Source: an uncultured delta proteobacterium (lineage in GTDB: Bacteria; Desulfobacterota; Desulfobaccia; Desulfobaccales; 0-14-0-80-60-11). From it: 64,000 nt of DNA. The translations under genes and the position numbers were made by a program. Numbering within the stretch: the stretch's first letter is position 1; each line of letters opens with the position of its first letter. The stretch covers positions 576,001 to 640,000 of the forward strand of contig CAWETI010000003.1 in NCBI GenBank assembly GCA_963812015.1. Reading direction: 5' to 3'. The notes below the pieces were generated by a model, which was not told where the DNA came from, did no database searches, and saw nothing but the letters and a program-made list of their open reading frames with translations. Of this stretch, positions 36,495 through 47,266 are shown one piece after another.

Positions 36495-38180
36495 ATGGGT
36501 AAAATTCCGGCTGATTATTTGCCACCTAAAGAACTCTGGGCGGGATATACGGCGCCCGAGGAGTTCAAAAAGTTTACCTCAGGACAGTGGAATATTGCAG
36601 AAGAATTTCTTGACAGGCACGTGAAGGAAGGTCGGGGAGACACCGTCGCCATCCTCTTCGGGGACCAGAAGATCACTTTTAAAGAACTGCTGGCCATGTC
36701 CAACAAGTTCGCCAACGTCCTCACCAAGCTGGGCATCGGGGCCCAGGACCGGGTGGGCCTTCGCCTGACCAACATGCCGGAAGCCGTTGCCATCAATTTC
36801 GGTATCCAGAAGTGCGGCGCCATCCCGGTGCCCATTTCCCCCCTGTGGGCCAAGGAAGAAGTGGCCTTTGTCTGTAATAACGCCGAATTCGCGGCCTTTG
36901 CGGTGAGTGCCCCCTTGATGGCCGCGGTGGAAGAAGCCAAGCACGAATTCGAGTTCCCCACCAAGATCATCGTGGTGGGCGGCAAGCCCGAAGACGCGGA
37001 GGCCAAAGGCCACGTTTCCTTCGGCAAAGAGATGGCGAGTGCGTCGGACCAGTTCACCAACGCCAAACTGAACGCCGACGACATCGGGGTCATCCTGTTC
37101 ACCTCCGGCACCACCGGCCAGCCCAAGGGCTGCGTCCACTTCGTCAAAGAAGTGCTGGTGGAGTCCAACCTGGTCAACAAGTATGTCTACAAGTTGAAAC
37201 CCGGCGACGTGCTGGGCGGCTCGGCCCCGGTGTCCTTCGCGGCGGGCTACGGCACCTTCTGTATGATCCCGTTTGCGGGGGGCTCCGCCATTTCGCTCCT
37301 GCCCAAGTTCACCCCGGACGATATGATGAGCACCATCGTCAAGCACAAGATCACGGTGATCACCGGTCTGCCCACCGCCTACCGGAAGCTGCTGGAAATG
37401 CCCAACTTCAAGGACTACGACGTCAGCAGCATCCGCATGTACACCACCGGCGGCGACGCCTTGACCGGCAAAACCCTGGCCATGTGGCAGGCCAAGACCG
37501 GCATGCCCATCTGGGAAGGTTTGGGCGGCACCGAGATGATGCACTTGGTGACCAGTAACACCATGAGCGACATCCCCATGCCCGACTCCATCGGCAAGGC
37601 CCTGCCCGGCTTCGAGATTAAGGTCGTGCGGGAAGACGGCACCACCGCCGGCCCCGGCGAAGTGGGCAGCATGCTGATCAAGGGCCCCACCGCCACCCTG
37701 TACTGGAAGCCCTACATCCAGGACAACAAGCTCCTGAAGACCATGAAAAAGGGCATCAAGGACGGCTACAACATGATGGGCGACGCCGTCATGATGGACA
37801 AAGACGGCTTTATCTTCTTCCAGGCCCGGGAAGACGACATGATCAAGTCCTCCGGCTTCCGGCTGGCCCCTTCGGAAATCGAAGACGCCATCCTCCGGCA
37901 TCCGGCGGTGCGGGATGACGCGGTAGTGGGCATCCCCGACGAGGTCTTGGGCCAGAAAGTCGTGGCCATGGTGGAACTGGAACCCGGTCACACCGGCTCC
38001 CAGGAGTTGGCCAGCGACATCATCAAATCCTGCCTGGACGTGCTGGGCATGTACAAGCTGCCCCGGGAAGTGGTGTTCATGGATTCCATCCCCCGGACGC
38101 CCACCGGCAAGATCCTCAAGAAGGTGCTGCGGAAGGACTATCCGGAGTACCCCACTAGGTATGTACCCAAGGTAAAGTAG
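36495..38180 (+). CDS. AMP-forming acyl/aryl-CoA ligase (benzoate/2-aminobenzoate-CoA ligase-like)
   Basis: FTSGTTGQPKG, EGLGGTEM, REDDMIKSSG and PRTPTGKI motifs; N-terminal YLPPKELW extension; AAGGAGGT RBS. Confidence 0.88.
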   Translation: MGKIPADYLPPKELWAGYTAPEEFKKFTSGQWNIAEEFLDRHVKEGRGDTVAILFGDQKITFKELLAMSNKFANVLTKLGIGAQDRVGLRLTNMPEAVAINFGIQKCGAIPVPISPLWAKEEVAFVCNNAEFAAFAVSAPLMAAVEEAKHEFEFPTKIIVVGGKPEDAEAKGHVSFGKEMASASDQFTNAKLNADDIGVILFTSGTTGQPKGCVHFVKEVLVESNLVNKYVYKLKPGDVLGGSAPVSFAAGYGTFCMIPFAGGSAISLLPKFTPDDMMSTIVKHKITVITGLPTAYRKLLEMPNFKDYDVSSIRMYTTGGDALTGKTLAMWQAKTGMPIWEGLGGTEMMHLVTSNTMSDIPMPDSIGKALPGFEIKVVREDGTTAGPGEVGSMLIKGPTATLYWKPYIQDNKLLKTMKKGIKDGYNMMGDAVMMDKDGFIFFQAREDDMIKSSGFRLAPSEIEDAILRHPAVRDDAVVGIPDEVLGQKVVAMVELEPGHTGSQELASDIIKSCLDVLGMYKLPREVVFMDSIPRTPTGKILKKVLRKDYPEYPTRYVPKVK

Positions 38181-38199
38181 GTCACACCTGATAAAAAAT

Positions 38200-38273
38200 C
38201 TCCGGGGGCGGTAGCCGTCCCCGGAGCCTCTTCGGAGGACGATGCCTTGCTTCGGCAAGGCATTTTTCTTTTT
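38200..38273 (+). terminator. Three tandem hairpins ending in a rho-independent terminator
   Basis: ctccgggggcgg-tag-ccgtccccggag; ctc-ttcg-gag; atgccttgc-ttcg-gcaaggcat followed by a T-rich tail. Confidence 0.8.
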
Positions 38274-38297
38274 GATTTTGGTTATCCTTGTGATTAA

Positions 38298-39623
<1,326 letters not shown>

Positions 39624-39719
39624 GGCGGACCTTCAGGCGGCCCCGCCGCGATGTTCAACCCAGCAAGTCACTCAGGGCCGGTCAGCACGAATAAGCCGGC
39701 CCCTCTCTTTTTCCGGCGC

Positions 39720-39736
39720 CTTTACAGGCTGTAAAG
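39720..39736. promoter_or_regulatory. Perfect palindrome, candidate activator site for the downstream sigma54 promoter
   Basis: ctttacag-g-ctgtaaag. Confidence 0.4.
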
Positions 39737-39872
39737 ATCTCTGACGCTTCCCTGAAAAAACTGCAAGGCCGTGACCGGCGCGTCCGAAGGCAAGGCGCCA
39801 TAATCCCGCTGTTATATTAACGTGCAGTCAAAGGACAATTAACGGCACGTTGCAATAATAAAATCCAGAATT

Positions 39873-39932
39873 GTAGGGGCGCACCCTCGGGTGCGCCCTC
39901 AACCAAGGGCGGACACATGGGTCCGCCCCTAC
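39873..39932. repeat. Inverted GTAG REP doublet
   Basis: gtaggggcgcaccctcgggtgcgccc ... gggcggacacatgggtccgcccctac. Confidence 0.8.
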
Positions 39933-39988
39933 AAAAATTGCCGTTTGTTGGCGATTTTGTATTAAGCGGTTGCGCCGGGCCCGGGGTT

Positions 39989-40004
39989 TGGCATGTTCGA
40001 TGCT
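39989..40004 (+). promoter_or_regulatory. sigma54 (-24/-12) promoter upstream of the oxidoreductase operon
   Basis: TGGCAT-GTTCG-ATGCT. Confidence 0.6.
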
Positions 40005-40264
40005 ATAGTTTTTGGTCATGGGGACCGAAGGGTAAGGTAAGAAAAATTCTGACAAAGGAATCGAAAATTACCCGACTTTCCCAATGAGGCCGCCGATGCT
40101 ATCATACATCAAGGATGATAAGGTGGCCTTTGCCTGGCCTGAAGCCGGCAGGCGGACCCTGACCAGGCCGCACAGTGCAAGAGCTTCGGCCCGGCAAGGG
40201 GCAAGCAAGAGCCCGTTCTTCTTAAATCAGGATAAAAAACTTCTCCACGACATAGGAAAACACC

Positions 40265-40822
40265 ATGATTGAAATCCGCTTTCATGGCCGCGGCGGCCAG
40301 GGCGCGGTGACTTCGGTGGAACTGCTGGCTCTGGCGGCCATTGAGGAAGGGAAGTTCGCCCAGGGTTTTCCCAGTTTCGGTCCGGAGCGCCGGGGCGCCC
40401 CGGTGCTGGCCTTCTCCCGGGTGGACGACAAGCCCATCAAGCTGCGCTGCAAGATCGTCAAACCCGACGTGGTGGTGGTGCTGGACGCCTCTCTGCTGCC
40501 GATTCAAAACCCTGCGGGTGACTTGAAGGAAAACGGCATCATCGTTCTCAACACCAACAAGACCGCAGCGGAGATCCGCCAGGAATACGGCTTTAAGCAC
40601 ACTCTGGCCCTGGTGGACGCCAACAAGGTGGCCCGGGAGGTGCTGGGGGTGCCCATCGTCAACACCACCATGATCGGGGCCCTGTTGCGGGCCACGGGCG
40701 TCGTCAAGGTGGAGACCATGGAAGCTCCCCTGAAGGATCGCTTCGGCCCCCTGGCGGTCAAGAATTTCAACGCCCTGAAAGTGGCTTTTGAGCAGACCAC
40801 TATTGAGGAGCGACGGTCGTGA
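40265..40822 (+). CDS. porC: 2-oxoacid (pyruvate):ferredoxin oxidoreductase gamma subunit
   Basis: [24 protein letters not shown] and NTTMIGA motifs. Confidence 0.93.
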
Positions 40823-41109
40823 GCAAAGCATGGGATCAGGTAACCTGGCAGGAGATTGAGATCGGCGGCGTGTTGACCGAGCCGGGCACGGCCCGGAACT
40901 ACAACACCGGGGATTGGCGCTCAAGCCACCCGGTGTGGGACAAGACCCGCTGCATCAAGTGCGGCGTATGCTGGACGGTGTGCCCCGAAGCGGGGATCAC
41001 CGAGCAACCGGACGGCTACTTCGAGATGAACACCTACTGCAAAGGCTGCGGCATCTGCGTCAAAGAATGCGTCACCGGCTGCATCAAGATGGTGCTGGAG
41101 GAATCATGA
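40819..41109 (+). CDS. porD: 2-oxoacid:ferredoxin oxidoreductase delta subunit (2x[4Fe-4S])
   Basis: TGDWR, CIKCGVCWTVCP and CKGCGICVKEC motifs. Confidence 0.93.
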   Translation: MSKAWDQVTWQEIEIGGVLTEPGTARNYNTGDWRSSHPVWDKTRCIKCGVCWTVCPEAGITEQPDGYFEMNTYCKGCGICVKECVTGCIKMVLEES

Positions 41110-42290
41110 TGGCCCATAAGAAGCGAGTCGGCATGGAAGTCTCCATAGCGGTGAGCCATGCGGTACAGTTGGCTCGGGCCGAAGCCATCGCGGCTTATCC
41201 CATCACCCCTCAGACCCACATCGTGGAGCACCTCTCCTCCGTCGTGGCCAACGGCGAGTTGGAGGCGGAATTCGTCACGGTGGAATCCGAGCATTCCGCC
41301 ATGAGCGCCTCCATCGGCGCCGCCGCCACGGGGGCCAGGACCTATACCGCCACCAGTTCCCAGGGGTTGGCCTTGATGAACGAAATCCTGTTCATCGCCT
41401 CGGCCATGCGCCTGCCCATTGTCATGACCGTGGCCAACCGGGCCCTGTCCGGTCCTTTGAGCATCTGGAACGACCACGGCGACATCATGGCGGCCCGGGA
41501 TATCGGCTGGATTCAGATCTTCGCGGAGAACGGCCAGGAGGCCTTTGATCTCAGCATCATGGCCTTCAAGATCGCCGAAGACCATCGGGTGCTCCTCCCC
41601 ACCATCGTCAACCTGGACGGCTTCATCCTCACCCACGTGGTGGAAGCCCATGAGATGATGGACCAGGAGACCGTGGACCGTTTCCTGCCCCCTCTGGTGC
41701 CGTATCACAAGCTGGACCCCCACAAACCGGTGACCATGGGGGCCTTTGCCATGCCGGAACTCTATACCGAGTGCAAGATGGCGCACCAGGAGGCCCTGAC
41801 CAACTCCTACGGCCCCATCCGGGAAATCTGGCAGGAATGGGGGGAGCTCACCGGGCGGCACTACAAACCCGTGGAGACCTACCGCACCGAAGGGGCCAAG
41901 ATAATTATCATGATGATGGGCTCCCTGGCGGAAGTGGCGGAGACCGCGGTGGACACCATGCGGGATAAAGGCATCCCCGTGGGGCTGGTAAAGATCCGGT
42001 TGTGGCGGCCCTTTCCCTTCGCGGATTTGCGCCAGGCCCTGGCCGGGGCGGAACTGGTGGTCGTCTGCGACCGGGCCCTATCCCTGGGAGGCGCGGCCGG
42101 GCCGGTCCTGGCGGAAGTGCGCAGCGCCATGTATCCCCTGGCTCAAAGACCTCAGATCCTGGGGTACACCGTGGGACTGGGGGGCCGGGACGTGCAGCCC
42201 GAGGCCTTTGAGGAACTGGTGCAGCTCGCCCAGGCGGAAGTCAAGCAGGGTCCCAGCGAGGAATTCCATATTTATGGGGTAAGAGGCTGA
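41106..42290 (+). CDS. porA: 2-oxoacid:ferredoxin oxidoreductase alpha subunit
   Basis: AYPITPQT, ESEHSAMS, TATSSQG and GLGGRD motifs. Confidence 0.94.
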   Translation: MMAHKKRVGMEVSIAVSHAVQLARAEAIAAYPITPQTHIVEHLSSVVANGELEAEFVTVESEHSAMSASIGAAATGARTYTATSSQGLALMNEILFIASAMRLPIVMTVANRALSGPLSIWNDHGDIMAARDIGWIQIFAENGQEAFDLSIMAFKIAEDHRVLLPTIVNLDGFILTHVVEAHEMMDQETVDRFLPPLVPYHKLDPHKPVTMGAFAMPELYTECKMAHQEALTNSYGPIREIWQEWGELTGRHYKPVETYRTEGAKIIIMMMGSLAEVAETAVDTMRDKGIPVGLVKIRLWRPFPFADLRQALAGAELVVVCDRALSLGGAAGPVLAEVRSAMYPLAQRPQILGYTVGLGGRDVQPEAFEELVQLAQAEVKQGPSEEFHIYGVRG

Positions 42291-43279
42291 TGGAAAAGTT
42301 TGGATTTGCGGAAAGCACGAAATTCGATACGTACGCCTCTCGGATGATGCCCCGGGATGAGTTTTTCACCTCGGGGCACCGGTCCTGCCAGGGGTGCGGC
42401 GAGGCCCTGGCGGTTCGGTGGGCCTGCAAGGCCATCGGTAAAGACGCCATCATCGCCCACGCCACCGGCTGCATGGAGATCGTCTCCTCGGCCATGCCCC
42501 AGACCGCCTGGATGCATCCCTGGATTCACGTGGCCTTCGAAAACACCTCGGCGGTGGCGTCCGGGATCGACGCGGCCCTGAGAGTCCTGGAACGCAAGGG
42601 CAAACTCAAGGGCCCCCTCCCCAAGGTGGTGGCCATGGGGGGCGACGGCGCCACCAGCGACATCGGCCTCCAGGCCCTCTCCGGGGCCCTGGAACGGAAT
42701 ACCAACTTCACCTACATCTGCTGGGACAACGAAGCCTACATGAACACCGGCATCCAGCGTTCCAGCGCCACCCCCTTCGGGGCCATGACCACCACGTCCC
42801 CTCCCGGGAAGCGGAGCTTCGGCCAGCATACCTGGAAGAAAGACATGGCGGCTATTGCTGTGGCCCACGGCATTCCCTACGTGGCCACCGCCTCCCCGGG
42901 CTATCTCTTCGACCTGTACTTTAAGGTGAAAAAGGCCGTGGAAACCCCGGGTCCGGCTTATATCAATATCCTGTCCGTCTGCCCTACGGGCTGGCGGAGC
43001 GCCACGGACCTGACGGTGCGCCTGGCCCGGCTCGCCACCGAAACTGCGGTCTTCCCGCTGTTTGAGGTGGTGGACGGCAAGTACCGGCTGACGGTGGAGC
43101 CCCCCAAGATCCGGCCTGTCCGGGATTATCTCAAACCCCAAGGGCGGTTCCGGCATCTCCGGGACCCGGAGGTGGAGTTCATCCAGAAGCAGACTACCGA
43201 CCGATATAAACTGCTCCTGGAAAAATGCCAGGCGTCCTTTGCGGAATTTGTTCCGGTCCACGTGCCTGAAGGAATCTGA
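42290..43279 (+). CDS. porB: 2-oxoacid:ferredoxin oxidoreductase beta subunit (TPP-binding)
   Basis: GHRSCQGCG, GGDG, DNEAYMNTGIQRS and CPTGW motifs. Confidence 0.94.
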   Translation: MEKFGFAESTKFDTYASRMMPRDEFFTSGHRSCQGCGEALAVRWACKAIGKDAIIAHATGCMEIVSSAMPQTAWMHPWIHVAFENTSAVASGIDAALRVLERKGKLKGPLPKVVAMGGDGATSDIGLQALSGALERNTNFTYICWDNEAYMNTGIQRSSATPFGAMTTTSPPGKRSFGQHTWKKDMAAIAVAHGIPYVATASPGYLFDLYFKVKKAVETPGPAYINILSVCPTGWRSATDLTVRLARLATETAVFPLFEVVDGKYRLTVEPPKIRPVRDYLKPQGRFRHLRDPEVEFIQKQTTDRYKLLLEKCQASFAEFVPVHVPEGI

Positions 43280-43740
43280 TGATGACGAACCAGCAGAAAC
43301 TCGAAACCATCATGTCCCGTTATGAGGGGATGCCCGCGGACCTGATTCCCGTGCTCCAGGATATCCAGGATGAATTTAACTACCTGCCCAAGGATGAATT
43401 GAAAATCGTGGCCGGCCGGTTGCAAATCCCCCTGACTCGGGTCTACAGCGTGGCCACCTTTTTCAAGATGTTCTCCCTGGAACCCAGGGGCAAGCATCTG
43501 GTTCGGGTGTGTTTGGGCACTGCCTGCCACTTGCGGGGCGGACAACGCCTGGTGGAAACGGTGGGCCGCCGCCTGAACGTCGAGCCGGGTCATGCCACCG
43601 ATGATCTGCAATTCTCCCTGGAGACCGTGGGCTGTCTCGGATCCTGCGCCCAGGCCCCCTTAATGATGATCGACGACAAGTATTTCGGGCGCATGGCCGT
43701 GGATAAGGTCCCGAAGATCTTGAAACCTTATAAACAATAA
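43279..43740 (+). CDS. NuoE/HydC-like [2Fe-2S] subunit
   Basis: VCLGTACH...CLGSC motif; start overlaps the porB stop. Confidence 0.92.
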   Translation: MMTNQQKLETIMSRYEGMPADLIPVLQDIQDEFNYLPKDELKIVAGRLQIPLTRVYSVATFFKMFSLEPRGKHLVRVCLGTACHLRGGQRLVETVGRRLNVEPGHATDDLQFSLETVGCLGSCAQAPLMMIDDKYFGRMAVDKVPKILKPYKQ

Positions 43741-43756
43741 GAGCTGAGATAAGGAT

Positions 43757-45613
43757 ATGCCTAAGTTTGAATCTATGGACCACCTGGAGGAATACCGGGG
43801 TCGACTTCTCAGCAGCCGGAATCCGAAGGAGCCCCAGGTCCTGGTATGTGGCGGCCCCGGCTGTTTGCCCATGGGGAGCGAGGAAGTAGCGGCAGCTTTC
43901 CAGGCCGAACTGAAGCAGCGAGGACTGGCAGGGAAAGTCGTGCTCAAGGAGAGCGGCTGCCAGGGCTTGTGCGCCAAGGCGGTCAAGGTGATGTTTCGCC
44001 CCCAGGAGATCACCTACCAGCAGGTGACCGCCGAGGATGTGTCCCTCATCGTCGAAGAAACCCTGGTCAAAGGCAAAATTCTGGACCGGTTTTGTTACCA
44101 GGACCCCAAGGACGGGGCCATCAAAGCCCACAAGTCCAAGGTGCCGTTCTACCAGGGACAGCGCCCCATTGTGTTGGCCAAGATGGATGTCATCGACCCG
44201 ACGAGTCTGGACGATTACCTGGCGGCGGGCGGCTACCAGGCCCTTAAAAAGGTCTTGTCCGGGATGAGCCCGGAAGCCGTCATCGATGCGGTGGAACGTG
44301 CAGGCCTCAGGGGTCGTGGGGGCGGCGGTTTTCCCACCGGTCGTAAATGGCGGCTCTGCCGGCAGGTGCCCGGGGACATCAAGTATATTATCTGCAACGG
44401 GGACGAAGGCGACCCCGGGGCCTTCATGGACCGGGCCGTCATGGAAGGCGACCCCCACGCCGTCCTGGAAGGGATGGTCATCGGCGGCTATGCCATCGGC
44501 GCGGGCCAAGGCTATATCTATGTTCGCCATGAATATCCCCTGGCGGTCAAGCGCCTGACCCTGGCCATTGACCAGGCCCGGGAAGCGGGCCTCCTGGGAG
44601 CCAATATCCTGGGGTCCGGTTTCGCTTTTGACGTGAAGATCAGCAAGGGCGCCGGGGCCTTCGTGTGCGGCGAAGAGACCGCGCTCATCGCCTCCATGGA
44701 AGGCAATATCGGCGAGCCCCATCCCCGGCCGCCGTATCCCGCGGTGGAGGGCCTGTGGGGCAAACCCACGATCATCAACAACGTGGAAACCTGGGCCAAT
44801 ATCCCGGCGATCATGAGTAAGGGGCCGGACTGGTTTGCCGCCATCGGCACCGAGAACAGCAAGGGCACCAAGGTCTTTTCCCTGGTGGGCGCGGTGAACA
44901 ACACCGGCCTGGTGGAAGTGCCCATGGGCACCACCCTGCGGCAGATGGTCTTTGACCTGGGCGGGGGTATCCGGGGCGGCGGGGAATTTAAGGCGGTCCA
45001 GACCGGCGGACCCTCCGGCGGCTGCATCCCCAAGCAGTTTCTGGACCTGCCGGTGGATTACGACAGCCTACAGTCGGTGGGCTCCATCATGGGCTCCGGC
45101 GGCATGATCGTCATGGACCACACCAGTTGCATGGTGGACGTGGCCAGATACTTCATGTCCTTCCTTCACGACGAATCCTGCGGCAAATGCACCCCTTGCC
45201 GGGAAGGCACCAAACACCTGCTGGAGATCCTCACCGAAATTACCAAAGGGCATGGCAAAGAAGAGGACCTGGCCCTGATGGAAGAGCTGTGCGCCGCCAT
45301 GTCCTCCGCTTCCCTCTGCGGCCTGGGCCAAAGCGCGGTCAATCCCGTCAGGAGCACCTTGAAATATTTTCGGGAAGAATACGAGGCCCATATCCTCCAG
45401 AAAAAATGTCCGGCATTGGTCTGCCGGCCCCTGCTGAAGTACACCGTTGACCCCGAGACCTGCACCGGCTGCCTGGCCTGTGTCCGGGAGTGCCCGGCGG
45501 ACGCCATCCACGGGGAAGCCGCCGAACCGCAACTGATCGATCAGGAACTCTGCGTCAAATGCGGTATGTGCCATGCGATCTGTAAATTCGACGCAGTTAA
45601 GGTAGAGTCATGA
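43757..45613 (+). CDS. NuoF/HydB-like FMN/NADH-binding subunit with extra N-terminal [2Fe-2S] and C-terminal 2x[4Fe-4S] domains
   Basis: GRGGGGFPTG, CNGDEGDPGAFMDR, CGEETAL, GGPSGG, ESCGKCTPCREG and two C-terminal ferredoxin motifs. Confidence 0.94.
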   Translation: MPKFESMDHLEEYRGRLLSSRNPKEPQVLVCGGPGCLPMGSEEVAAAFQAELKQRGLAGKVVLKESGCQGLCAKAVKVMFRPQEITYQQVTAEDVSLIVEETLVKGKILDRFCYQDPKDGAIKAHKSKVPFYQGQRPIVLAKMDVIDPTSLDDYLAAGGYQALKKVLSGMSPEAVIDAVERAGLRGRGGGGFPTGRKWRLCRQVPGDIKYIICNGDEGDPGAFMDRAVMEGDPHAVLEGMVIGGYAIGAGQGYIYVRHEYPLAVKRLTLAIDQAREAGLLGANILGSGFAFDVKISKGAGAFVCGEETALIASMEGNIGEPHPRPPYPAVEGLWGKPTIINNVETWANIPAIMSKGPDWFAAIGTENSKGTKVFSLVGAVNNTGLVEVPMGTTLRQMVFDLGGGIRGGGEFKAVQTGGPSGGCIPKQFLDLPVDYDSLQSVGSIMGSGGMIVMDHTSCMVDVARYFMSFLHDESCGKCTPCREGTKHLLEILTEITKGHGKEEDLALMEELCAAMSSASLCGLGQSAVNPVRSTLKYFREEYEAHILQKKCPALVCRPLLKYTVDPETCTGCLACVRECPADAIHGEAAEPQLIDQELCVKCGMCHAICKFDAVKVES

Positions 45614-46332
45614 AAAACGATTTAGTGAGTCTGACCATTGACGGCATCCCGGTCCAGGCGCCGGCGGGGACTACGCTCCTGCTGGCGGCCAAGGCCAGCG
45701 GCATCGACATTCCCACCCTGTGCTACCACCCGGAACTCAAACCCGAGGGCCACTGCCGCCTGTGCGTGGTGGAAATCGGCGAGGCGCCCCGCACCCGCAT
45801 GGTGAATTCCTGCACCTATCCGGTGGAGCCCGGTCTGGTGGTGCAAACCGCGACGGAGAAAGTCCTGGCCTCCCGGCGCATGGTGCTGGAGCTCCTCCTG
45901 GCCCAGGCGCCGGCGGCGGAACACCTCAAGGAGATGGCCGCGGCCATGGGAGTGCATGAAACCCGCTTTACCAAAGGGGACCCGGCGGCCCGGTGCATCC
46001 TGTGCGGCCAGTGCGTCCGCACCTGCCGGGAGGTGGTGGGGGTGAGCGCCATTTCCATGGCCTTCCGCACCCCGAAAAAGCGAGTGGCCACCCCCTTTGC
46101 CGAGCAATCCGAGGCCTGCATCGGCTGCGGCTCCTGCGTCTTCATCTGCCCCACCAACACCATCGCCTACACCGAGAAGGACGGCGTCCGCACCGTCTGG
46201 GGCCGGAAATTCGAACTCCAGCCCTGCAGCAAATGCGGCAACTACATCGCCCCCAAGGCCCAACTGGAACACTGGGCCAAACTCACCGGCGACCCGGTGG
46301 AAAGCTTCTACACCTGTAAAGACTGCCGGTAA
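45610..46332 (+). CDS. NuoG/HydA N-terminal-like Fe-S subunit without a catalytic domain (BamI/HoxU-like)
   Basis: IPTLC, CRLCVVE, NSC, CILCGQCVRTC, CIGCGSCVFICP and terminal CSKC/CKDC; only 240 aa. Confidence 0.9.
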   Translation: MKNDLVSLTIDGIPVQAPAGTTLLLAAKASGIDIPTLCYHPELKPEGHCRLCVVEIGEAPRTRMVNSCTYPVEPGLVVQTATEKVLASRRMVLELLLAQAPAAEHLKEMAAAMGVHETRFTKGDPAARCILCGQCVRTCREVVGVSAISMAFRTPKKRVATPFAEQSEACIGCGSCVFICPTNTIAYTEKDGVRTVWGRKFELQPCSKCGNYIAPKAQLEHWAKLTGDPVESFYTCKDCR

Positions 46333-46336
46333 GCAT

Positions 46337-46444
46337 TTTGAGGGAGGGCCGGGGGAATTTTTCGTAAGAGATTCCCCCGCCCTCCCCCAAACCCCCACCC
46401 GACCCCCGCATAAGATTTGTAAGGGCACAGCGAGCTGTGGCCCT
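46337..46444. repeat. G/C-tract hairpin copy plus REP-like palindrome
   Basis: tttgagggagggc...gccctcccccaaa with tail, then gtaagggcacagc-ga-gctgtggccct. Confidence 0.7.
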
Positions 46445-46466
46445 TTTTTTACTCATTTTATCACGC

Positions 46467-46495
46467 TTGACAAGTCACGGAAAACGTTATAGATT
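46467..46495 (+). promoter_or_regulatory. sigma70 promoter of the second higBA (leaderless spacing)
   Basis: TTGACA-17nt-TAGATT, 6 nt before the GTG start. Confidence 0.6.
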
Positions 46496-46501
46496 ATTTC
46501 T

Positions 46502-46783
46502 GTGATTAACTCCTTCCGGTGCAAAGAAACCGAAAGGCTCTTTAACCGTGAGCCGACGAAAAGATTTCCCGGTGATTTGTATCGGCCTGCTTTACGGAAG
46601 TTGTTGATATTGGATGCTGCCGAAAGCCTGGAGGATTTGCGAAGCCCACCAGGAAATCGCTTGGAACCCCTCAAGGGGGACCGGTCGGGACAGTACAGTA
46701 TCAGGATTAACGATCAGTTCCGGATTTGCTTTGTCTGGCAAGATAACCACGCATATAACGTAGAAATAGTGGATTATCATTGA
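46502..46783 (+). CDS. higB: HigB/RelE family toxin
   Basis: SFRCKETE, PPGNRLEPLKGDRSGQYSIRINDQFRICF and VEIVDYH motifs. Confidence 0.95.
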   Translation: MINSFRCKETERLFNREPTKRFPGDLYRPALRKLLILDAAESLEDLRSPPGNRLEPLKGDRSGQYSIRINDQFRICFVWQDNHAYNVEIVDYH

Positions 46784-46793
46784 GGACAAGATC

Positions 46794-47099
46794 ATGACTG
46801 GCAAAAAACTACCTCCGGTGCATCCCGGTGAAATTCTTTTAGAGGAATATCTTAAACCTCTGGGAATTAGCCAAAATAAGCTCGGCCGCGATTTAAATGT
46901 CCCGGCCCAGAGAGTCAATGAAATTGTCCGGGGCCAGAGGGCGATCACGGTGGATACCGCCTTGCGCTTGGCCAGGTATTTCCAAACCAGCCCGCAGTTT
47001 TGGCTTAACCTGCAATCCCGCTATGATCTGGAGTTGGCAGAGGAAACGCGCCTGGTGGATCGGGTTATCCGGGAAGTTAGGGAACGGCAAGCTGTTTAA
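46794..47099 (+). CDS. higA: HigA family antitoxin
   Basis: PVHPGEILLEEYL and ITVDTALRL...FWLNLQSRYDL motifs. Confidence 0.95.
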   Translation: MTGKKLPPVHPGEILLEEYLKPLGISQNKLGRDLNVPAQRVNEIVRGQRAITVDTALRLARYFQTSPQFWLNLQSRYDLELAEETRLVDRVIREVRERQAV

Positions 47100-47150
47100 G
47101 GGCTAACAAGCCATAGGGGCAAGGTTACTCAGTCGCATAAACTGGCTGGA

Positions 47151-47263
47151 GAAGACGGGCTCGAGGGCCCGCCTTCCCCGGCCTTATTTTTCTCTTATAA
47201 GAGATTGGGGGAGGAAAGGGGGTAAGGGCATTTACGAAAAAGCCCTTAGCCCCCTCCCTCCAA
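47151..47263. repeat. Composite hairpin repeat (sister of 58128-58244)
   Basis: gaagacgggct..gcccgccttc plus gattgggggagg..ggtaagggc..ttacgaaaaa..gcccttagccccct..ccaa are shared with the 58 kb copy. Confidence 0.75.
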
Positions 47264-47266
47264 CTC

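Noticed and set aside
39624..39720. 6S-like RNA after purA
   Set aside because: Only a gggccgg...ccggccc hairpin with a pyrimidine tail is evident, which fits a terminator; no long rod with a central bubble was seen.
43279..46332. Respiratory complex I or [FeFe]-hydrogenase
   Set aside because: There are no membrane Nuo subunits and no H-cluster motifs; the third subunit ends after its Fe-S domains.
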